DNA from: Schmidtea polychroa
Lineage: Eukaryota
Direction: 5' to 3'
Length of the DNA stretch: 64,000 nt
Assembly: GCA_044892525.1 (NCBI GenBank)
Contig: CM097888.1
Span: 45,818,001-45,882,000 of the forward strand
The stretch's first letter is position 1. Every line of letters begins with the position of its first letter. This document shows, piece by piece, positions 24,479 through 35,955 of this stretch. The notes beneath the pieces were generated by a model that saw only the letters and a list, made by a program, of their open reading frames with translations, was not told where the DNA came from and ran no database searches. The position numbers and the translations under genes are program-made.

Positions 24479-27072
24479 CAGCGGTTCCCAAAGTGTGGGT
24501 CACGACCCACTGGTGGGTCGCGAAGCTATTTTCGGTGTGTCGCCAAAAATTTAATATTTGTATTACTGAGCATATTAATTTGCTTTTACTTAACTTGTCA
24601 CAATATTTATATATAAGTAGGTTTGCGACAAAAAATTATTGCATATTTTTAGGTGGTTTAAAAATTAAACTTCTTTTTAGCAAATCTTTGTATTTAGAAC
24701 TTGTTTTTAATAATCGCATCATAGCAACCACTTTTCTACATTTTAACCAGGCAACCAAACACAAATAACGGTTAATTAGAAATTTAGGATTACAAACTTT
24801 AAATATTCAGACAACCAGTGCAAATTTTGTTTTGGACTAAGTACGGTGTTGTGTTGTTAATAAAAAAGTTTATATATATTGTTAATAAAAGTGTTTCGTT
24901 AATAAAAAAACATAATTTAAAATCAAATGTAAGTATTTTTTAAATTTAGTGCTATAGTATTTCATGTAATAAATAAAGTTCTTAATATTCTTATTTTTAA
25001 AGAACCATTGCTGCGATGGATAAGTGGTTGAAAAAGACTCCTGGGCAAAATCAAACAATTGAAAATGAAAAAGAAAAAGAAGGTTCTGTAGCAACAAAAA
25101 CAGATAATAAGAGAAAATTTGGTGAGAATCCTTCAACAAGTTCGCAATCATCAAAACGTGGCAAAAGAAAATATGATTCTGAATATCTAAAATTTGGATT
25201 TACATGGAATAGAAAAGAAGATGATCCACGCCCACAGTGTGTTATTTGTCAAGAAATTCTGGCTAATGAAAGTATGCGACCTAACAAATTAATACGACAT
25301 TTTGAGACGAAACATTCCGATTTAAAAAATAAGCCTATTGATTATTTTAAAACCAAATTACAGGAATTAAATAATTCAAAAAATCTATTTTCTCGCTTCA
25401 TCAGCATTAATGAAAAGGCTATATTCGCCTCGTATCTCATTAGTTTGCGAATTGCACAATCCGGTAAACCGCACACTATTGGAGAGTCATTAGTACTTCC
25501 AGCTATAAAAGATGCTGTTGGAATTATGTTTGGAGAGCAGAGCTTAAAAGAAGTTGAATCAATTCCACTTTCTAATAACACAGTTGCTCGTAGAATTGAT
25601 GAAATGTCCGAATGGGTAGAAAATAAGCTTATCCATAGAATTCAAGTTAGTGGACTTTTTGCGTTGCAACTGGATGAATCAACCGATGTACAAGGTTTGT
25701 CCCAACTAATTATTTTCATACGTTTTATATGGTGCAACGAGTTCTTTGAAGACATATTATTTTGTGAACCAATCATTCGAGGAACTGGTGAAATAATTTT
25801 TGATACGCTCGACACTTATATAACATTGAAAAAACTGGATTGGAAAAACTGCGTCGGAATATGTAGCGACGGTGCAAAAGCAATGTGTGGTGCTGTGACA
25901 CGTTGTCTTCAAAAATGTCCAAATGCAACGTGGACTCACTGCACTATTCATAGAGAAGCGTTAGTATCCAAAAATATACCAAAAAGTGTAAATACTGTTT
26001 TGACCACTGCTATAAAAATTGTAAATTTTATTAAGAGCAAACCATTACAATCACGATTATTTCAAAAACTCTGCGAAGAGATGGGAAGTTTACATAAATC
26101 TCTTCTGCTGCATACAGAAGTCCGCTGGCTATCGAAAGGCAAAGTCCTGACAAGACTTGTTGAACTTCGCGAAGAAGTAGCAATATATTTACATGAACAT
26201 AAACAAGATGAGTACACATCAAATTTGCGCGATGTGAAATATGTAGTTTTGCTGACTTATTTAGCAGATATATTTTCGAAATTGAACGATTTAAATTTGC
26301 AATTACAAGGAACAAATGGAATTGATATATTTTCGGTTCATGGTAAAATAAAAGCTTTTACAAAAAAACTTATGTTGTGGAAAAATAATGTTCAAGAAAA
26401 TAAATATGACTGCTTTGATACATTCCAAACTTTTATCATTGAAAATGAAGTAACGCCCAATAACGATTTAATTTCTTTAATAATTGAGCATTTGGACAGA
26501 CTTAAAGAAAATTTTGATTTTTATTTCTATGGAGAAATGAAAAATCTAGAAAAATATACATGGGTTCAAAATCCATTTCAAAGTGGTTTAGTTACCGGTA
26601 TATCGACGATAGCGGATGAGGAATTAATTGAGCTATTCGAAGATAGTGTTGTTAAATTACATTTTGACGGTACGAAATTGTTACAGTTTTGGTTATCGGT
26701 GCAAAACACATATCCAACTTTACACACCGCAGCGTTAAAAGTATTGCTTCCTTTCACAACTTCTTATCTATGCGAGGTTGCATTTTCGTCAATGATTGCA
26801 ATAAAAAATAAATATCGCAACAAATTACAGCTATCAAACTCACTTCGCTTAATAACAACAAATATAAAAGTAAATGTCGAAGATGTTATTGCAAAAAATA
26901 GAAAGCAGGCTCATTCATCTCATTCATCCTATTAATTATTCTTAAATATGCGTGTTAAATAAATATGTAAATCAACATTTTTAGCTTTTTTCTTGTTTTA
27001 TTTACAGGTGGGTCGCGAAAACTTTGCGGTCTAAATAGTGGGTCTCGACTGGTAAAAGTTTGGGAACCCCTG
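24479..27072 (+). mobile_element. Full-length Buster-type hAT transposon (2594 bp)
   Basis: TIRs CAGCGGTTCCCAAA / TTTGGGAACCCCTG (1 mismatch); perfect 8-bp TSD CTTTAGAT (24471-24478, 27073-27080) with central TA; GGGTCGCGA subterminal motifs. Confidence 0.95.
25016..26935 (+). CDS. hAT/Buster transposase, intact 639 aa
   Basis: BED-like CVICQEILANESMRPNKLIRHFETKH; catalytic-region motifs LQLDESTD, CSDGAKAM, HCTIHREAL, EVRWLS and CEVAFS. Confidence 0.95.
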   Translation: MDKWLKKTPGQNQTIENEKEKEGSVATKTDNKRKFGENPSTSSQSSKRGKRKYDSEYLKFGFTWNRKEDDPRPQCVICQEILANESMRPNKLIRHFETKHSDLKNKPIDYFKTKLQELNNSKNLFSRFISINEKAIFASYLISLRIAQSGKPHTIGESLVLPAIKDAVGIMFGEQSLKEVESIPLSNNTVARRIDEMSEWVENKLIHRIQVSGLFALQLDESTDVQGLSQLIIFIRFIWCNEFFEDILFCEPIIRGTGEIIFDTLDTYITLKKLDWKNCVGICSDGAKAMCGAVTRCLQKCPNATWTHCTIHREALVSKNIPKSVNTVLTTAIKIVNFIKSKPLQSRLFQKLCEEMGSLHKSLLLHTEVRWLSKGKVLTRLVELREEVAIYLHEHKQDEYTSNLRDVKYVVLLTYLADIFSKLNDLNLQLQGTNGIDIFSVHGKIKAFTKKLMLWKNNVQENKYDCFDTFQTFIIENEVTPNNDLISLIIEHLDRLKENFDFYFYGEMKNLEKYTWVQNPFQSGLVTGISTIADEELIELFEDSVVKLHFDGTKLLQFWLSVQNTYPTLHTAALKVLLPFTTSYLCEVAFSSMIAIKNKYRNKLQLSNSLRLITTNIKVNVEDVIAKNRKQAHSSHSSY

Positions 27073-27482
27073 CTTTAGATGAATACTGGTAATAATTTTT
27101 ATTTGACCCTAGTGAATTAAGTTTGACCTTAAATTACATTCAATCAAAACTCAAATTTTTTTCAACATTCTAACCCAAACTCAAACCTTGATTTGTTTGT
27201 TTCTTTTTTGTACTTAGTTTGAAGTGTTTATATTTTTGAAATATATATATATATGTTTTGTTTGAAGTGTTTATCTATAATTATTCAAATATTTTCATTT
27301 AAAAATAGAAATTGATAAAACAAACTAATCAATAAATTTTAATATAAAAAGCATACCGCGCTTATCTGTGTGTTAAAAATTCACTGGCAGTTACATACAC
27401 CAATTTATTATTTCCAGATACGGTAGAAAAAATTAATTGAACATACACACGTATAGCGCAAAATTTCTGGGATAAAACAAAT

Positions 27483-27717
27483 ATGCAAACAAATGCTAAA
27501 ATCCACCTGCTATAAAAGATACGTCCTTTTCTAGGCAAATTCTTTTTTAAAATAAACTAGGAAAATATTTCCGAGAATAGTATTCCAAGTACACTTGCAT
27601 GCAAACAAATGCTAAAATGCACCTGCTGTAAAAGATACGTTCTTTTTTAAGAAAGGATTTTTTTTTAAATTAAACTAGGAAAATATTTCAGAGAATAGTA
27701 TTCCAAGTACACTTGTA
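27483..27717. repeat. 116-bp tandem duplication
   Basis: ATGCAAACAAATGCTAAAAT...GAATAGTATTCCAAGTACACTTG starts at 27483 and again at 27599. Confidence 0.85.
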
Positions 27718-28648
27718 TTTTAGATATAAAATAATAAAAAAATTCTTTTCATCCTTTTAAAAAATTCTTTCCTAAATCTTTGCTAAAAGAGGTTATTGTC
27801 ATTTGGTTTAAAAATTTTTGAAATTTTCTGTACTATTTATTTACTGATTTCATGGATTTTATATAGTTTAGAATGACTTACATATTTTTGAAATAATCTT
27901 TTTTCTATTAAAATCCACATAGATATTAAGAGAATAATTTAAAATGTGAAATTTCCAGAACTTGATAAAAAATCTTTACTATAATTTTTCTCATTTTTCT
28001 TAGTATGTAAATGCTGCCAACACATTATAAATTTATTTACTTTTGCATTGTTGGGTACTATTCAAATTTATTGAAAATGTTTTATAATCATATCATAAAT
28101 TGTAATTTGTAACTTTTAGTTTGAAGGAATTTTTGACGTTGTGGAAGCTTACGGAGTAGAAACAGTCAAGATGGCATTTAAAAATATGAAAGTATTGTTA
28201 TTATTTCAGGTATTTTAATTTCTTTTGTTGTTAAAAGGCTGAAAAGAGAAAGATGAAGAAATCTGGCTACAGAACTCCAAAATGCTTTATGATCATGACT
28301 CAAAACGAAATTAAACTGTCTAATAATAGAAATAATGTGATTAACATCCCATTAATCTCTAGTAACCATTTTATTACAGATCAGTGTTTTCCAATGCAAA
28401 ATCTCAGAAATATCTTATGTAATGAGCAGTTTGTTTGATAAATTATACATTGCCATAATTGTAACACAAAGAGAAGAAACAACACGTAGCAGTAAATGCC
28501 TTATTATCAAAGCAAAATATGGAAAATCTAAACATATTGTGTCGCATATTCGAGATTCCTTGATGGTAAGTATTTGTTATTTCATTATTAATCTTTAATA
28601 ATCCCATATACATATAATTAATAAGTTGACCGACAAAGCACCTATAGT

Positions 28649-29083
28649 CAGGCCCGTCGAGAGGAGGGTACAAATGCCCAGGGGCCCAGGTTCGATTTGT
28701 TATGTATTTAAATATAATATTACTGACACTTAAGTTGACTTAACTACAATCAGTTTAAAGTTCAAGCATCTGAATTTCATCATAATAAATTGAGCGAACA
28801 TCAACAAGTAGTTAGATCAACATCGGTATCAATATTCAAAAATAAACCAAATAAAGTTTTGAGATTTTTAATGCTGGAATTAAAAACTGTTATATTTACT
28901 AACCATGATTACTGAAACTGAAATCATGCGTATCATTTGTCTACTATAGAACACACCCACGGGCCACAGGCCACTATGTCAAATAAAACGTCATTTGCTA
29001 TTTATGCGTTTTACGATTAACAATTGTTTAGGGGCCCATGAAATGCTCTGCCTAGGGGCCCGGAATTGCTGTCGGCGGGCCTG
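28649..29083. mobile_element. hAT-type MITE (CAGGCCCG TIRs)
   Basis: Left end CAGGCCCGTCGAGAG; right end reverse complement CAGGCCCGCCGACAG; GGGGCCC subterminal motifs; TSD only 5/8. An ~85-bp internal segment is repeated at 29365-29449. Confidence 0.7.
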
Positions 29084-32000
29084 TATATATTCGAAATTAT
29101 ACTATAACCGGACGGCTATAGTAGTCATTTAGTTCATTTAACATCATGAATTTTTATATTTTGTGTAAAAATACAAACAATAAAAACAGTCATAATGGCA
29201 CAACAAATGATTTGATTTTATAATTGTGAGGAGTTAAAATTATAATGTTAAATTAAAATTATTTCATGACTAAATTTTGTAAAAGTAAAAGTGAAACTTA
29301 AATTATTTGAAATTAAAATTTATAAAAAGAAAATGTCCCAAGAATATTTGTTTATATAAGCAGCGCCCCAGGTTCGATTTGTTATGTATTTAAATATAAT
29401 ATTACTGACACTTAAGTTGACTTAACTACAATCAGTTTAAAGTACAAGCTGTACAAAGTTTATATAAGAATTAATATAACAAAAGTATTCAGAGTGCCAA
29501 AATTGAACCGACTTTGAATATTTAGTGTCCGTCAACCCTTTAATAGAGTTGCATATTTGTTTATTTATATTCCAAGTTTATTTTATATGAACTCTTTATC
29601 TAAGTCATTTCTAAAAAAGAGAGTCAATATATGTCATTTTTGACAGTTAATATATGTAAAGTTATTTTTAATATTAATAATAAAGTCTGCCATGGTTTAG
29701 ATATAATTAGTAAGTTTTCCCATGATTTTTTTCTTATTCCTAAATATAAGAATTAAATTAACCTCTTTAGTGAATTTTTACCAGTGTATTTTAATTGTTC
29801 AAATGAGTACAAAGTCAGTATAATATGACAACTCTATAATAATAATAATAATAATTTATTAAAAAGAGAGCTTGAAGACTATAAATCAGTAATATATCAA
29901 TGTTTTTTGATACTCACGAATTTTCGCCACTGCCTTTTTCAAGTGAAGTGCAGAAAAAAAGTCATCATTAGTTTGAATTTCATCGCCTTCGCTGTATTCG
30001 ATTACACTTTTCATGTCAATATTTATTTGATTGCTATCGTTTTCCAATTCTAATTGTTGTGATTCTTCACATTTTACAATTAAATAATGTAACAAGCTTC
30101 ATATTTCATCATATAATCATTATATTCTTCAAGAAATTTCTTTATAACTAATTCTATTAAAAAATTTTCGAAGTAATTGAAATAAATCATTCCAAGATTC
30201 AAAACTTTTTATTTAAACACATTTTGAAAATTGTTTCTCATAATTATGAAACGATACATTCTCCATTTTATAAATTTTTCACTCAATAATTTTTCTCACT
30301 CAATCATCTATTTAGATATTTTCCACACTATTTTATCTATTTTTAATATTTTAACACTGAAAAAAAATTTATTGAATAAATAGTTCATTTTAATTATATT
30401 TTCAATAAATTTTTCATTAAAAATCTAATATTTATTCAAAAAAATATAAAAACCGCCAAAATAAGATCGAAACGACTTTGTGAAAAAATTCAGCCAGGAT
30501 GAATAAAATTTGCGATAGTTTCACGTCAAAGCAAATCGAATAACAATTTAATTCATTAATCTCCATTTATTAATCTCCACGAAAAGTAATTTGCCCATTT
30601 CAGACAAGGCATTCACGCCTGCTCAACACGAATAAATCAAATTTGCCTTGTAACAATTGCTCGAAAATATTTGATGAGAATATTCAACTGAAAAACAGAA
30701 TTGAAGATTTAGCTAAATTAATTGTATCCGAAGATTTAGAAGAATTCATGAAAAAAAACAGAGTAAATTTTATACAATTGTATTACTATTATTATTATTG
30801 TTTTGATTTAGATAATCGATTTGACAACTTTTGAAAATGTTGAAAATATAGTTAGTTCCTNNNNNNNNNNNNNNNNNNNNNNNNNNNNNNNNNNNNNNNN
30901 NNNNNNNNNNNNNNNNNNNNNNNNNNNNNNNNNNNNNNNNNNNNNNNNNNNNNNNNNNNNNNNNNNNNNNNNNNNNNNNNNNNNNNNNNNNNNNNNNNNN
31001 NNNNNNNNNNNNNNNNNACATAAACATTTCACTGATTTAGATATTAGGAAACTCCACTCAAACATCACATTTACAATATATTTCAACAGATTTACTGTCA
31101 TCGTCAGATGGAACCGAAAAAACAATATATAGATTATAAATTGGTTATTAAAACAAAATTACAAAATATTTGAAATTCATATACTTAATAATTTTTAAAT
31201 ATTTTAAAAATATATTTTTAATAAAAATAAATTAAATATTAGTACGCTCATTCAAAATTAAACATTTAAAAATTTTTTAGTTAAACAAACGTTTTTATTA
31301 AATTTATATTCTTATATTATATCATTTTACATTCACATCATTTTGCACTTGAGTTTTCGTTATACTACTCTAAATATGGCAATACTAGAATAATACATAC
31401 TATTCCTTATTCTATTTAATCTCTAACTAATTTCATTCAATCCCTTCAGTCGACAGTGATCAAGAACTTGAGTACGGAGATGATTAGTAACCATTCTTTA
31501 TGTATGTAGCATTGCACTCATGACATTTAAATTGATAACCAAAATCTAGACACGATTTAAGTAGGATTTTTCTATTTTGTGTTTATTATTGGATTTTAAA
31601 TGTATATAGTTTTTTTCGTTTCTAACTGATGAAGACAGTGAACCTGTCCAAATATATTATATAAGTGATTTTCAAGTGTTTTTCAATAAATAAATAATAA
31701 TAATAATAACTATAATAATAAAAATATGTTTCCAGTTATTATATATCGCTTCTAAATAATGAATTATAGAATTATTACAGGATTATATTACAATTTTCTA
31801 CTATATCTGATAAAATATAATGTCATCAATTACTAACAGGACCAGTGATAAGTTCTCACCTTTCACACGTTCACGCTGACGCCGATTTTCATGCGGCGCA
31901 TCATCTAGCGGCGCAGTTTATGTTATTGACCAAAAGTTATGTTTATAATACGTTATTAATTATAATTGTAATTAAAAATAACGTTAAATTTTCTAATATA

Positions 32001-32220
32001 TGTCTAATATACGTCTAATAACACAATCAAATACGTCCAATCGGAGGTACAAACTACCAGATGGGGCAGGTTAGTGCGGGCCCCCAGAGATCCGTGTCGG
32101 CTAGAACGTGTTACGCTAATCATCAGAAGAATAAGTTGAATGACCAGTATAAACCCGTAGTTTATTCAGCCGCGGACCAGAACCGTTCATCGTCCCAACC
32201 TATGCTCAGACATTTTAGGT

Positions 32221-32223
<3 letters not shown>

Positions 32224-32300
<77 letters not shown>
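32224..32300. repeat. (TA)n microsatellite
   Basis: About 38 uninterrupted TA units, next to a GC-richer ~170-bp block. Confidence 0.97.
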
Positions 32301-32303
<3 letters not shown>

Positions 32304-34236
32304 CAAATCAATATTCTACAACTAATTAATTATAGAAAATTTCCTACTAAATTAATTTAAAATTTTAAAATGCACCTTCATGATCCTGACAACCACTGAA
32401 GGATTTTCCCCAAGTGCCAATTTATCTCTATTTTAAATCTGTTTAGCAAGTGCGATCTAAGCGGGCAGCAACAGTAGGACAAAGTGAAATTCAAAGTAGA
32501 AATCAGAGAAAAAATTCTTGCCCAAGTACAAAATTTATCAAAAATTTTCATCAGCTATAAAATTTATTCTAAATTTCAGTTACTGATCTATCCAAAGATG
32601 AAACCGATAACAACTTAATTACGCTTGGTGAGTTTGTGTTTTCTTTTTATTGTGTAGTTTTTGCNNNNNNNNNNNNNNNNNNNNNNNNNNNNNNNNNNNN
32701 NNNNNNNNNNNNNNNNNNNNNNNNNNNNNNNNNNNNNNNNNNNNNNNNNNNNNNNNNNNNNNNNNNNNNNNNNNNNNNNNNNNNNNNNNNNNNNNNNNNN
32801 NNNNNNNNNNNNNNNNNNNNNNNNNNNNNNNNNNNNNNNNNNNNNNNNNNNNNNNNNNNNNNNNNNNNNNNNNNNNNNNNNNNNNNNNNNNNNNNNNNNG
32901 GGACTGTTCTGATCCTTGGAAAGCGACAATTTAAAAGTCAATTTTATAATTTATTAAGCTTAGTTATTTTTCTGTTCAGAACCTAATAAGCCTGTTGGTT
33001 TTAAAATTTGATTTAATTGTTTCTTATTCCGGATATTTTTAATAAAAATGAAAAAATATAATAGCTTATTTAGTCTTACTGAATTTATCATTTGGTTTTT
33101 GTTTTAATTTAAAAATTTGGCCTTTATTTTTTGCAATTTATAGTAACGAATTTTAAGAAGAATGAACGAAAATTTATTGAGGAGCATTTTCCGGTTGCTN
33201 NNNNNNNNNNNNNNNNNNNNNNNNNNNNNNNNNNNNNNNNNNNNNNNNNNNNNNNNNNNNNNNNNNNNNNNNNNNNNNNNNNNNNNNNNNNNNNNNNNNN
33301 NNNNNNNNNNNNNNNNNNNNNNNNNNNNNNNNNNNNNNNNNNNNNNNNNNNNNNNNNNNNNNNNNNNNNNNNNNNNNNNNNNNNNNNNNNNNNNNNNNNN
33401 NNNNNNNNNNNNNNNNNNNNNNNNNNNNNNNNNNNNNNNNNNNNNNNNNNNNNNNNNNNNNNNNNNNNNNNNNNNNNNNNNNNNNNNNNNNNNNNNNNNN
33501 NNNNNNNNNNNNNNNNATCAAACAAAGGTTGGTTATATCGGTGAAAATTTGAAAGATTGTAATTTGTGGCAATATTAAAAATTATTGTGTTGAGTTCTTT
33601 TTCTGATTGAGAACGTGTGGAGCTAGATTTATAATTCTATTCTAACGAACAATTCAACAGTAAGAATATTTTGTTTTATATGAACATATATATATATGAA
33701 ACACTTTTATATAAATTTAATTATAATAGATATGTGAAATTAAAATGTTACCATAACTTTAATTTTTTATCGACAGCATTACATTCTTATTTCATTATTA
33801 TCTGAAAGTAAAAATTTCTATATTGAGCCATGCTTGATATATTTTTCTATATATAAATATATATTTTTCATGTATTCTATGAATTATTTAAAAAATTATG
33901 AAATTTTTTTTATATACATAACAATATTTTTTTATAAATGTCTTCAAATATTTAACTTAAAATTTAATATTTCAATTATAATCTGTTCTTTACCATGCTT
34001 TTCTTCTACATTTTTGATAATTTTAGGTAATTTACTATAATTTTCCAAATTTCTAAAAGCGTTTGGAATTTCAGTAAATAAATTATAATTTATTTTGCTC
34101 CTCTTCTACCAGTGGAATATAATAGAACATTTGAAATATCCTCAAATTGCGCCATTTCATAATTTATAGTTCTCGTAATAAATAATTGTTTTCAGCATTT
34201 TAGTTTTCTCACTAAAATAAATTTTTGTCTTCATTT

Positions 34237-34489
34237 CAGGTACGATAAGAGGGTGATGCAGGCGGTGCAAATCATTGGGGCCCGCGATATAATCATATTT
34301 GGCTTAGACAGATCAACTTTTCAGTTGTTATTAATAAATTTGCAAGTAAAAAAGCAAGAAAAGCATTTTCATATAATTAAATAATTTTAAAAATCTAAGT
34401 TTGTGATAATTTAAGTTTATATGCATAATGGAATTTCTAAAATACTGACAAATTGCATCGGGGGCCCGGCCTAGCTCTCGACGGCCCTG
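34237..34489. mobile_element. hAT-type MITE, 253 bp
   Basis: Perfect 8-bp TSD CTTCATTT (34229-34236, 34490-34497); right TIR CTCTCGACGGCCCTG related to the 28649 element; GGGGCCC motifs. Confidence 0.85.
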
Positions 34490-35955
34490 CTTCATTTTAA
34501 GTACGCATGGGTATTTTTTCCTATATATGAATAATTTATCTTAGTTAGTTGATGGTAGGTTTTTGCCAATCCTCCCGTAAATGATGTACTTTGGTTTTAT
34601 ACATATTAAAAATGAATCAAGTAATTTATCTTAAATATTTAACCCTTTGATTGTCCTGTGTATCACATATGATAAATAATTCTTATAAATTGATAGATGA
34701 AACATGCTTGTACCAGTAAAGGGTTAATAAAAGTTTATTAATTACAAAGTTTAAAAGTTATAAGTTGACCACAGTCAGTCACTGCCATCAGTTATTATGA
34801 CTAAAATTAATACTTATTATAAAAAAAATTATTAAACAGTAAAGAGTATTTACAATTAATAGTAGTATGTTTTAGAATTAATAAAGCTACAGAAAATATT
34901 TTACAGCTAATCGAAATTTTAATATTTGTCTGTTCTTAGACTTTATTTTGTATANNNNNNNNNNNNNNNNNNNNNNNNNNNNNNNNNNNNNNNNNNNNNN
35001 NNNNNNNNNNNNNNNNNNNNNNNNNNNNNNNNNNNNNNNNNNNNNNNNNNNNNNNNNNNNNNNNNNNNNNNNNNNNNNNNNNNNNNNNNNNNNNNATAGT
35101 AAGGACTCCAGGACACTTTCAAGGTCATCCCAATGTCCAGATCAAATATAGGTCAATCGAATCATTTTTTTTTTAATTAACATTTTATTTAATTACTTCT
35201 TTTTAATTTTTTTTTTTTTTTTTCATTTTAATTTTATTAATTAATTATTTTATTATGTTTTATTTTAATTTATTACATTTAATTAATTTATTAGTTTATT
35301 AATATTTTATTTTAATTACTTACGCTATTTAATTATTATTATTATTATTATTTTTTTTTTTAATTAATTTATTTATTTTTTAATTTTATTTAATTACTTC
35401 TATTTATTTTTTTTTTCTTTTTAATTTTCTTAATTAATTATTTTATTNNNNNNNNNNNNNNNNNNNNNNNNNNNNNNNNNNNNNNNNNNNNNNNNNNNNN
35501 NNNNNNNNNNNNNNNNNNNNNNNNNNNNNNNNNNNNNNNNNNNNNNNNNNNNNNNNNNNNNNNNNNNNNNNNNNNNNNNNNNNNNNNNNACAAGAGGTAA
35601 ATTATAACGATAATATTTCAATTTGAATAAAATTTTAATTAGTAATTATTCAATTTGAATAAAATTTTAATTAGAAATTATTTAATTAGTAATTATTCAA
35701 TTTGAATAAATTTTAATTAGAAATTATTTAATTTATTATAAAATAAAACGCTGAGTTAATTTTAGATAAACTGGATATTAATATTTCGGAAAAAATAAAT
35801 AAATAAATAAAATAAACACAAAAATAATATTTCTTACTTGAAACTAATTATCTAAATTAATTGGACAAATGAATAATTAAATGATAAAACACATTTTAAT
35901 TAACTAAGTCAAACAATTCACAATATATATTTTATTATTCACATAAATTTAATTG

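Noticed and set aside
29886-31132. Coding-looking fragments on both strands around a gap
   Set aside because: No recognisable family, in-frame stops, and interrupted by Ns.
32050-32220. Possible minus-strand hammerhead (CTGATGA...CCGACAC)
   Set aside because: GAAA is absent and I could not build stems I and III.
30770-35621. ORFs full of X residues (also 47319 and 59598-63851)
   Set aside because: Artefacts of N runs read as open frames.
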